Source: Lingula anatina (lineage: Eukaryota > Animalia > Brachiopoda). From it: DNA of 64,000 nucleotides. The notes beneath the pieces were generated by a model. It saw only the letters and a program-made list of their open reading frames with translations, was not told the DNA's origin and ran no database searches. The stretch is from contig CM120646.1 in NCBI GenBank assembly GCA_051362555.1, forward strand, positions 6,386,001 to 6,450,000, written 5' to 3'. Within the stretch, counting starts at the first letter, position 1, and each line of letters begins with the position of its first letter. Positions 1-12,541 of this stretch are shown here, piece after piece. The position numbers were made by a program, and so were the translations under genes.

Positions 1-395
1 TTGTACATTTGAAGCCTTTTTTTGCTTTTAAATGTTACTGGTGTCCTCTTGCATCACTCCATGTAAGAAGAATTGCCGTAGCAAACTAATTGTCTATTTC
101 AAATTAGATTTTCACGTGGGAGAACTCTTGATTCCATCACAAAGTGAAGAAAGACATTATTAGATAAAGTTAGAGGAGTTATATTGTAGGAGGGGTGGCA
201 AAATCTCTCAGTAGAGATGTGCCACTGGTCAGAAAAAAAATTCTGAAGAGCGCTGTCTGTCTTTCTGTCTGTTTGTATGTGTACTTGTATGAGATTTAAA
301 ACCCCTTTTAAGGCTAAGATTTATGAATAGATATATTTATTAAAGAATTTTTAGAGGAATCATTTTGTTAGTTTGATACCAGACCAGACCTGACT

Positions 396-430
<35 letters not shown>

Positions 431-819
431 TAAGGAGATTCTTAGAGATAGAGGCAACATGAGGTGGGTTAAACCTGTAAGGGGGGGAGAGGTGAAAGTG
501 GAAAAAAAAACCTTTAAACTATACCAAATTATAACAGTATTTCTCACTGTATATTTCCTGAATTTTAGAAGGCCTGGAAAAAGATTGGAATACTAGTAAA
601 TGTGAAATCACTGAATTTTTGATATGATACTTATTGAGCATTAAAAAGTGCAGCTTATTAGCAGGTTGCTACATATGAAATTACAACTACGTCAATCTGG
701 TCCTCACTGAATAGTTCATTAAAAATCAGATATTGAAAAGGGAATTAGAGGCTTAGTCAGCTGTGAGTTATACAAATAATATAAATGGATAAATAAACTA
801 CTAACTTGCTCATTTTGTC

Positions 820-962
820 CTGAGCTTCGTAACTCTAAAGCATCGAGTAATGTGAATAGCAATATCACTTAGAGGCTGCAATGTATTACATGGGGCAAGT
901 TATGGAATCGAGACGCTTGCGCTTTATTGCAATGCGAGATGCTTTCGAGTTACGGGGCCCAG
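820..962. mobile_element. MITE with 25-bp imperfect TIRs
   Basis: CTGAGCTTCGTAACTCTAAAGCATC ... GATGCTTTCGAGTTACGGGGCCCAG. Confidence 0.65.
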
Positions 963-1889
963 AGTTCTTGTATACTTTTGTTTGGTATTTGTGTCATACA
1001 TTTACAGCTCTGCACATACTACTGTTGCTGGTAGTGGTGCTATTGTTGCTTTAATTTATTATTTTTTTATTACATTTTTGTCTACATTTTACAATTAGTT
1101 TACAAGTTGCATGGATGCTGAAGCACAGGTATCTTACAGTATAAGCTCCCAAACCAAATGCAGTTTAACCTAATGCAAATATTTTGCCGAGATCTTCAAG
1201 TTGCAGATAACAGCCTTATTGCTTTACAGTACACTGAAATAATCAGTTTGCTCATGGAGCACCTGCTGATAATGCATTTTTTAGAAGGATGTATCTTCAC
1301 GTGAAACTCTCATCTCGATGAAATGAAGATTGCGTAATTTTTCTTGGTAATTTCCAGTGAAACCACTGTAGAATTTTTTTTTTCAACAAGTAGGCATCAA
1401 TGCAATGGAAAAGCAGGATAAGTTCAGGTCATGCTGCGCCGAACGTCTGCTTGGTGATTTCTATATATGAACAGGAGAAAAAATCAATAAGATTCCAAAG
1501 AATTCTTTTTTGGATGAGACAGTGCTTAAGTAATTTGTTAAAGAAGACAGTGACAGCCCTGATAATAGAGTCAATCTTTAGGTATAATAGAAAATGATGG
1601 CTTAGATTTCACTTTTGAAGTATGGGTTAATATATTGTCTATCAGAGCAGGAAAAATGTTCAAACTGGGTACAAGAAATGTCACGCGATTTTGCAAGCCT
1701 AACATATTTAAGTAACTTAAAAGCTTTATTTGCTGGCATTCTGAATCTTCATCATTTTTTTTTTTTGTTATTATTATTATTATTTATTTATTTTTTTGGT
1801 ACTTTTAGGTGAACCCATTTTTTTTTCAGAGGAGTTTTTCGTCTACTTCATTATATTTTTTTTAGAATGGGTTGATATTATATATTATG

Positions 1890-1943
<54 letters not shown>

Positions 1944-2166
1944 ATGTACTAGAACACTTTCTTTTTTCCCCTTTGTTTACTGTAATGACATACATTGTGT
2001 TTGACATATCACAGCAGTATTTTTTCAGCCAACTGTTTTAAGGAATTCATTTGTTGAAAATAAATATCAGAATAGCAAAAATAGTCTCTCTCCTTTCAAC
2101 TTAAACATATCTTTTTACTTTAAACTGTTTTAAAATCTTCAAAACAATGATAAATTGATAATGATG

Positions 2167-2208
<42 letters not shown>

Positions 2209-2236
2209 ATGTAGTAATTACTACTATATATTACAG

Positions 2237-5120
2237 GAATGAATTCGATGAGGACAACATACAACACGAGCCTGCAGCCCAAACCATATTAGAGCATCTC
2301 ATCCGTCAGATTGAAGAGAAAGCGACGGAGATGAGCAGCGAGGACATGTTCTTGGTGAAGATGAGGCTACAGGAAACGGCTGCACAGTTCCGGGTAAATG
2401 TTGAAAACTTTCTTTAGTATTTATTAAAGGTACACTCCATTGGTTTGAAAATCGCCAAAATGCTTATTTTTGCCATCCATGGCTTCTTATAAAACCTTGC
2501 ATACAGGTTAAAAATGATTTAACCCCTTTAATATTTTTTTCGGGAGCATGCCTGCTGTTGAACTTGGTTGCTGGAAAATGGTGGCTGTTACACCGGCCAG
2601 TCACTTTAAGCTTAAATCAACCTTTATCAGATTTATTAAAGGCCAAATCCAAGTGCAGAAAAGGATAGTTAAATGATTTGTGAGTACAAGAAAATTGCTT
2701 ATTTTCTCTGGCAAATCCATTTTGGCGGGTAAATCTCATGGAGTGTACCTTTAATACAGTGAGAAACGAAATATTGATGGGAACTTGTGTTTGGTTCAAC
2801 TGGAATTTTGCCTAAAAATGGGTTGATTGTCTTGCACATTTCTATAAAATTGCTGACAGGGAAGATGTGCCAAAAAATCCTGATCATTCATCCTAGGAAT
2901 ATTCCTCCAATTAATTCCCGAGAGTGAAATCCATCCTCTCCATTAGGGTGAAATTTGAATGGTTTTCTCATCTGCAATTACAACAGCCATTTGTTGTAGT
3001 TTAATGTCTATTTGACAATAAAAATGCTTTTTGTGGAAGAGGATGTCAAATGTGATTTATTACAATACTGTAGCAGTATGTAGATATACATGTAATTGTA
3101 TCAGATTGGTCGAATTGTTTTTGGGAAAAAAAACATATGGATTGATGTCTATGTTTAGCTCATTGTATGAAATCAATTGAATGCATTTTTCGGGGAATTC
3201 AAAACCAAAACAGCTTTTAGGCTGTCTATTTTTTTTTTTACCAAATGTATTGTGTTTTATTGTGTATTTGTTCTGCTGCCAGTTTTTCATTAGTGTTGAG
3301 AAAAAAGAAATATGAATATATGAATAGAAAAAGAACAGTTCATAATATAAACTTATAAATTTGTCAGTAATTTGATACAGCCTAATCAACCAAAACATGA
3401 AATCCATTTTGGCACCATCTGATGAAAATATTTGCCAAAAAAAGTGAAATCTCACGTATTAAAGATGCATACAAGTCAATTTTTTGTCACAAAAACCGAC
3501 CAAATGCCAGCATATAGTTCCAAGTAGTATAACTAAGAGAATTACCAAAAGGCATTGTTTAATTTTACCCGAAAATGATGTTTGAACGGATTTTTCTGCT
3601 GGCATTCTAAGCTGTATGTCAGTGGGGCAGGAAAGTAGGTCACGAAAGTAGGTTAAGTTTACAACCAAAAATTTAAAGAAAGGATCAGTCTAAAGGTCTT
3701 TTATGGCTGATCGAGTGATCTATTCAGTTTATCCCTTGGCATCTCGAATTTATTTGAGTCATATAAGAATCTAGTAGAAGTGGTTTACATGTGTTACTGG
3801 GAATCCACGCTCCACCGATGCTCGGTTCGTATGTACCTTTAAGGTAAATAGTTTATAAACTTGTTATTTTGAATCTCGGTGATCTTAAACTTAATGTCTT
3901 TGGATTCTTTCAGGAAATGTATGGCAACAGTCCTCTGAATCTTGTCCGTGTGGTAAAGAATTGTATTAATACAGAGATGAAGATGGTGGCACAGGCCGAG
4001 AATGTAAGAACTACAGAACATGATGCCTCTGCTACTGGTCTAAAATGACCTTTTGAGAAAAAACAAATGTTTCAAAATTATTTTTTCATGCAATTTGCAA
4101 TTGTTTTCAGTAACTGGAATATTTACTTTCAAACTTCTGTTGAATTTTTCTTAGTTCTTCTTATCCTCTTAAATAATTGTATCTTAATGAATTAGATTAT
4201 TATTTTATTGTATTTTTTTGCTGTAGAAGGATTCTTTTTAGTGTGCAATTTTAGATGGCAGTATTTACCAGAAGACTGTCTGACATTTTGGTCAATCGGT
4301 GTTTGCAGAATACATCAGTCTTTTAGAGCTTTTGTTATAATTTTGTTTATTTGTTAAGGATGTTGTTTTGGTGGTGATTATCATAACTCAGTCTGTCTGT
4401 ATTTGTCACCAGGCGGCATCAGGGCTTGGGGACCTACAAGGACAGCAAGACAAGCACAGAATCACATCACAGCAGCTGGAATTCTTGCAAAAAAGAACAC
4501 AGGTACATATAATATGAATTGACAAAGTATTGTAGACCTTTTTTTCGGAGAATTCCAGTGATTCAGTGATTTTTAATTAAAGGTGCCCCCCCTCCCCCCG
4601 ATCCCTGTCCAATAGTAGTTAATTTTTCAGAATTTTTTCCCAAAAGTCCAGGCTCATTTGGAAAGCAAAGCACAGGTGTTTTTTAATTGGCATAAAACTT
4701 ACCATCTCTATCTTTCAGGATAGACAGTTATTCAGGAGGGAAAGAAGTACATGTAATTGCTACTTCAGATGAATCTGAGGATCCTTTTGAAAAATTGTTT
4801 ATTTAATTTATATTTTAAGTTTTGCCTTGACTAAGGTTTGGGCTCTTGCAAGGATGGAGGTTTGTGCTCTTGACGGCCTCATAAATGATATTCAGATTTT
4901 TGAGCACAAATGCACTTATATATTAATGACTCCAGACATGCATTAACTTAATGCACCCCAACATAAAAAGCCCAAAGTAAGTACTGTGCATGTATGGGAA
5001 TGTAATATGTGAATATTGATTTCACAGGAGACAGATAATGAATTGAAGCAGCTGCAACACAAGCAGGAGTCCTTCATTATCCAGTATCAAGACAGTGTGA
5101 AAATTAACTGTGAGTGCAAC

Positions 5121-5172
<52 letters not shown>

Positions 5173-8100
5173 CACAGAAAGTTCTCTCTGTTTGATATTT
5201 CATTTGTCACTTCCAGCTCAAATGAATTGTTTTTTTTTCTTTTTTTTTTTTTTAATCTTTTGATGACACCAACCCTTCTCTTAGAATGCCATGTTTTTTA
5301 ATGTTTCAGTAGAAATCTTTGAATGAGCTCCTGCTTCCTTTAATAATTGCCCAGGAAGTAAATTATGTGGCCATTGAAAGAGGGTGTTCTTACTTGCCGT
5401 TGTTCATTAGCACTCATTTTTATCAATTTATACATGAATTGATGTAATTAAAGGCGTCGTGTCATTTACATGGAGATGAAAAATATTTATAAGCAGATTT
5501 GAACATTAATGATGCTGGTCTGATTAAAATTAACTGACGTGTCCTTAAAAACGGATTTAAAGTTAGCTAGTTTACCCGAATATGTCTTGAGGAAAGTAAA
5601 ATGAACGATTTATCAATCACTTCAGCCCAACTACAACAGGTGGTCAGTCAACCCAACACGCCTAATAAAACGGAACACGAGATGCGGCTCAAGAGACAGA
5701 AGGAAGGGATTGAGTGTGAACTCAGCAGGAAGGCACAGGAACTCCTGCAGTTACGACTGGTGAGACAGGTCTTAAGTAATCGATGGGCTAGTAAGACAGG
5801 TCTAAAATAATCGATGGACTCCAAAATGATGGATGACGCTTGTCATTCGGATTAACACTTATGCATTTAACTGACTACTGTAAACTTGTGATTATACACA
5901 CTTCTCACCTGTGGATTTGCAGTGTTAATGATATTTTTGCATTTGATTTAGATCCCATTTCCACAGATTTTAGATCGATCTATCCCTGTGGGAAGTCTCA
6001 CTAGATTACTGTCAGCTTAGCTGGCTTAAGCGTCTGTCCTGCCTACTGAAAGCTGTGTATGGTGCGCGCTCGGCTGACTGCAATTTAGCGTGAACCCCCA
6101 GGGAGTTAGGTCAATCTAAATCTTAATCCCTGGATCGATCTAAATCTCTGGGAATACACCCTTAGACACAAAGAAAAAACAGATTTGATGTCAGATAAGG
6201 ATAACTTTTCCACTTGGTTTTAGGTCAGAAGAGCGGTTTCAGAAAAGCTGCAAGAGAGTTTTACGTCAATGGTCTCCATTTTCTTTTACATGATACTTTT
6301 GTGTCTGCAATAAATCTCTGTTTATGCATATCCATTTATGAAATTTTATATTATTTTATTATGCTTGCTTAGCAGGCAAACATAACAATGCCTCTATTTA
6401 TTTCCCCTGTATTGACAACACCATAAACCATATAATATATATATACATCTGAAATCAATACATTGTTTTGATATTTCCAGGCTCTTGCAGACAAACATCA
6501 CGACACATTCAAACATCTTCAGAATACACAACAGCAGGTATTGGATCATGAACTGATTGAGTGGAAAAGGAGACAGCAGCTTGCTGGAAATGGTGCTTCT
6601 TTTGAGGGCAACCTGGACAGCCTTCAGTCATGGTAAGGAGTTTGTAGTTGGTAGTTTGATAGAGTCACGTGTAATCATGAAAGAGCCAAAATTTCATTAT
6701 GGTTTTCCTGTACAGTATCAGCACTTTCTTCTGTCATCCATGTCAGTGGTTTAGTTATGCTACAATGTTTATTTTTTTTACATGAGCTCAAGTTCCATGG
6801 TATCATTTCATGTGTTTTCAGATTATGTCATGATGTATCATTTTACATGCCACAAGGTATCGATTTGTGTGTTTTCACAAGTTATGTCATAAGCAGTATT
6901 ATTTCATGTGTTTTTTTCTTGTTGTGTCACAAAGTTTCTTTTTATGTTTGCATAATTTCTGTGGCAATATATCATTTCAGGTTAGTTTGAGCTTTGTTAC
7001 AATGTTTCATTCAAGGTGTGAGGCTTTGGCTGAGCTGATTTGGTACAACAGACAACAGATCAAAAAAGTGGAGCTCCTCCGGGCGCAGCTTCCGATAGAC
7101 GTTCCCCCGTCGAGTATTGATCTCCTCCCGGCACTGAACAACACAATTACTGGGCTTCTGTCCTCATTAGTAACGAGGTAATCAATACAGGGGGTTCAAC
7201 AGGCGCAGTTTTATAGGCAAACACCTTTTTTGGGGAAATAACACCCCTCCTGTGAATAATTTTAATTAGCACTCCTTGTTTTGATTTCTGTTTCCTGGCA
7301 CTGAACAACACAATCGCTGGGTTTCTGTCCTCACTAGTAACAAGGTAATCAATACAGGGGGTTCACCAGGTGTCCTGATATAGAAAAACCCCTTTTTTTA
7401 TGGAAATAACACCCCTCCCGTGGATAATTTTAATTAGCACTAGTTCTCCTTGCTTTGATTTCTGTTTCCCAGCACTGAACAACAAAATCACTGGGATTCT
7501 GTCCTCAGTAGTAACAAGGTATTCAATACAGGGGGTTCACCAATTGCCCTCATATAGAAAAACACTTTTTTTGTGGCAATAACACCCCTCCCGTGAATTA
7601 TTTTAATTAGAACTCCTTGTTTTGATCTCTGTTTCCTGGCACTGAATAACACAATCACAGGGTTTTTGTCCTCACTAGTAACAAGGTAATCAATACAGGG
7701 GGTTCACCAGGTGTCCTGATACAGACAAACACCTTTTTTGTGGAAATAACAACCTTCCCGTGAATAATTTTAATTAGCACTAGTACTAGTTGCTTTGATT
7801 TCTGTTTCCTGGCACTGAACAACACAATCACTGGGCCTCTGTCCTCACTAGTAAGAATACAGGGGGTTCACCAGGTGTTCTGATGTAGAAAAACATTTTT
7901 TTGTGAAAATTTTTAATTAGCGCTCCTTGTTTTGATTTGTTTCCCGGTGTACCATGAAATGTGACTCCCCCTAAAAGGCGACTCCCCAGTCAGATTTTTA
8001 TTATGAAATCTGACTCCTCAGTCAAAATTTCATGATGAAGTTTCGACTCCCAGCATGAAATTTTGACTCCTCCTCCCCCCCCCCCCCCCCACACACACAC

Positions 8101-11100
8101 ACAAAACTTCATAAATCTTATTTTCAAATTATTTGAGTACATTACTTTTATCTTGTAGTATGCATAATGGAGAATACATTGGCACTTTTTGATAGTTTGC
8201 AGCCAAAAATTTTTATGCGAAAATAAGAAAATTAAAAATGTTAATTTTATCATTCAGTGATTTCTCTATGAAAAAGCTATTTATTTGATATCTATAGTTT
8301 TATCCTGAAAACTCTTATCTAATAACAAAAACTTTTTCAATTCCAGTACTTTCATAATTGAAAAGCAACCCCCACAAGTTTTGAAAAAAGAATCCCGCTT
8401 TACTTCCACAGTGAGATTGCTAGTTGGGGGCAAGTTGAACGTCCATATGAACCCTCCCACTGTGAAGGCCACTATTATCAGGTAGGACAGGCACTAGCTC
8501 ACATTTCAGCTCAGAGAAAATGTACTGAGCAAAAATTAAAATGCCCCATGTGATTTTTTATGTACAGACACAGATGTGTCTGTACATATTGCCATCACCT
8601 GCGTCTGTCGTCGCCGTCGCCGGCGCCGTGCACTTTCCTTGTAAACACGATAAGTGGAAGGCAGTTTTACTTTTTGGCTTTATATTTACAGAGCTGATGA
8701 ATATTCATAAAACGCAGGTCAAGTTCGAAAATCAGCATGATCGGGCCATTATTGTTGAAGTTATGCTGTTTTCTCACTTTTCAGCATAAATGCAACACTG
8801 TAAACACATTTCAAGGAAAACCGATAGGCCTGTTGTCATGAAACTCACAGGAGTAATCGATCCTAGTAAAACGCAGGTCAAGTTTGAAAATCGGCATGAT
8901 GGGGCCACTATTTTAGTAGTTATGCTGTTTTTTCATTTTTCAGCATATATGCAACACTGTAAACACAATATAAGAACAAGGCAGCAAAGCTGTCAAATGT
9001 ACAGACAAAAAGCAGGAAATAACAAAAAAGGCTACTGTCAATTCTGATGCAAAAGTACATTATGTTAAACTGCAAATTCAACATCAAATTTTAATTATGC
9101 TCAACAGGTAATACCTACGTAAGTTAAATGTGTAACAAGCATAAGGCTTCAGGCCCATGGGAGTTCAAGTTCGCACTTTGAAAATGTATAACTTCCAAAA
9201 AAAGAAGCCAATTAGACTGCGTTTCCAACTCAGGCTGCATGTCAATTTTCGAACTTGACCTGCGTTTTAGTAAGATCGATTACTCCTGAGAGTTTCATGA
9301 CAAAAGGCCTATCGGTTTTCCTTGAAATGTGTTTACAGTGTTGCATATATGTTGAAAAGTGAAAAAAAAGCATAACTTCTACAATAATGGCCCGATCATC
9401 CTGATTTTCGAACTTGACCTGCATTTTATGAAAATTCATCAGCTCTATAAATATAAAGCCCAAAAGTAAAACTGCCTTCCACTCGTGTTTACAATGAAAG
9501 TGCAAGGCGCCAGCGACGGCGACAACAGACGCAGGTGATGGCAATATGTACAGACACATTTATATATATATTTACTTTACTGTTTGAGAACAGTAATTGA
9601 CATGGTTTTTCTTAAATGGTCACAATGGGAGCAGTGCCCAAATTAGGTTTTTTTCAAATTTTGATGCAATATTACATAATTTTTAACAGCATAATAACCA
9701 TCAATTTTTAATAATAAAATATTAGTATCATGGATATTCAGAAAATGTGACTAGCAAAGGTCTTCAGGCCCATGGAACTTCAAAGTCACAACTTGAAAAT
9801 GCCAAAATGTAAACAAGACAGCACTGTTCTGAAATGGGTTTATTTCCATTTTTAACAATTTTTAACATAAAACAAAATTAACAGTTTACTGCCATTTTTA
9901 TATGACCAACTAAGAAAATTGATGAGATGGGAAAAATATCAATAGAGCAGTGTTAAATGTCCAATTTCTTCCATTCTGAGATTCTGAACATAGTGAATGA
10001 TTCAGTCTGACAAACTGCAATGATATGAGTTTATTTCCATTTTTGAAACTTTATTACACAATATACAATAACAAGTTTAACATCATTTTTGCAAAATCAA
10101 CTAACAATGTTGTAAAGATGCAGGAAATGTCAAAAAAACACTTTTACATATCTTATTAATTAAATAATGAAACTGTTAACATGCCTAAGAATTGAATCTA
10201 AGGAAATGTAAAAAACAGCATAACTTCTAAAATAATGGCCCGATTATGCTGATTTTTTAACTTAACCTGCATTTTAGCAGGAATGACCACTCCTGTGAGT
10301 TTAATGACAATTGGCCTATCTGTTTTTCTTATATTATGTTTACAGTGTTGCATATATGCTGAAAAGTGAAAAAAAAAGCATAACTACTAAAATAGTGGCC
10401 CGATCATGCCGATTTTCGAACTTGACCTGCGTTTTAGTAAGATCAATTTTTCCTGTGAGTTTCATGACAACAGGCCTATCGGTTTTTGTTGAAATGTGTT
10501 TACAGTGTTGCATATATGCTGAAAAGTGAAAAAACAGCATAACTTCTACAATAATGGCCCAATCATGCTGATTTTCGAACTTGACCTGTATTTTATGAAT
10601 ATTCATCAGCTCTGTAAATATAAAGCCAAAAAGTAAAACTGTCTTCCACTTATCGTGTTTACAAGGAAAGTGCATGGCGACGACGGCGACAGCGACGACG
10701 GCGACGGCGACGACAGACGCAGGTGATGGCAATATGTACAGACACATCTGTGTCTGTACATAAAAACAGATAGGCCAATTGTCATTAAACTCACAGGAGT
10801 GGTCTATCTTACTAAAACGCAGGCTGAGTTCGAAAATCGGGCCATTATTTTAGAAGTTATGCTGTTTATACATTTCCTCAGATTCAATTCTTAGGCATGT
10901 TAACAGTGTTATTGTTTTACTAATAAGATACATAAAAGTGTTTGTTTGACATTTCCTGCATCTTTACAACATTGTAAGTTGATTATGTAAAAATGATGGT
11001 AAACTTGTTATCGTGTATTGTGTAATAAAGTGTCAAAAATGGAAATAAACTCATATCATTGCAGTTTGTCAGATTCAATCATTCACTATGTTCAGAATCT

Positions 11101-12495
11101 CAGAATGGAGGAAATTGGACATTTAACACTATTCTATTGATATTTTTCCCATCTCATCAATTTTCTTAGTTGATCATATAAAAATTGCAGTAAACTGTTT
11201 ATTTTGTTTTATGTTAAAAAAAGTGTTAAAAATGGAAATAAACCCATGTCAGAACAGTGCTGTCTTGTTTCACATTTTCTCAGATTCAATTCTTAGGCAT
11301 GTTAACAGTCTCATTATTTAACTAATAAGACATGTAAAAGTGTTTGGTTGACATTTCCTGCATCTTTACAACATTATTAGTTGATTACTTAAAAATGATG
11401 GTAAACTTCTTATTGTGTATTGTGTAACAAAGACAGCACTGTAATATTGCATCAAAATTTAAAAAAAAAAAAACTATTTTGGGCACTGCTCCCATGATGA
11501 CCATTTAAGAAAAACCATGTCAGTTACTGTTCTCAAACTTACAGGAAAGAAACATGGGACTAAAATACAGCTTCAGTAGTCAATGCAGTCTGTTTGGTAA
11601 TTCTTACTGCCAGTTAAACGTTTTCACATATTGGCATTTTCAAGGTGTGACTTTGAAGTTCCATGGGCTTGTTTATTATTGCATCAAAATTGGCAAAATG
11701 ACCTCTTTCGCACCCTTTTTTCTGTTATTTTGTCTGTACATTTGACAGCTTTGCTGCCTTGTTTATGTAATGTGTTATGGGTGACTCTGAGTAAGCTGAT
11801 GTTGTCTTAAACAGCAATCTGTAGTGCATTAAACGACAAAATTCACTTTGTATGATTTGATATGTAAAATTATATGATCCATAATGCCGATAAAAACTTA
11901 AAAGTATTGCGTATACTGATTCATGGGTTTCAATAGACCAGTAAAAGACATCTGAACTTGTCCATCATCATTTTCATTGTCATTTCTTGTAGTGAGTCTC
12001 AAGCCAGAAGTCTCCTGAAAAATGATAAAAATTTGAAGAATGAAAGCAGCGGCGAGATTCTGAACAACCAGGGGACCATGGAATACCACCAGTCTACAGG
12101 CAACCTGTCCGTAACCTTCAGGAATATGGTGAGTTTTAAAGGCAACCTGTCCGTAACCTTCAAGAACATGTTGAGTTATACCACAGTGTCAGTAACCCTC
12201 AGGAATATGGTGAGCTTTACCACAGGGGAACATGAGAAAGAACAAAATTTCTACTGTCTGGATGACCTTGAGGTCACATTGTCCGCTTCTGGAGGAGGAA
12301 TTGGGTTTTACCCCTGTATGTCTAAAGCATAAAGCAATATATAATACAATACAAGTGTATCTATTATGTGTAAGGTATTTTCTGTGATAATAATATAAGT
12401 GGAGTGTTTTATAAATTTCAGCAACTGAAAAGAATCAAAAGAGCCGACAGGAAAGGGACAGAGGTAAGTGTGTGACAGTTTGATATAAGGAATAT

Positions 12496-12541
<46 letters not shown>

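Noticed and set aside
1796-2041. Low-complexity ORFs (SLSL, RERE, FIYL, poly-K/F/N) across the window
   Set aside because: Translations of microsatellites and homopolymer runs.
7126-7945. CRISPR-like regular repeat array
   Set aside because: Whole ~170-bp units are repeated with no unique spacers, the context is eukaryotic, and there are no cas genes.
8541-10794. Repeated ORFs [16 protein letters not shown]...QVKFEN that look like a secreted peptide family
   Set aside because: They are translations of the Helentron-like repeat in both orientations inside a STAT intron, with stops at different places and no splice or promoter support.
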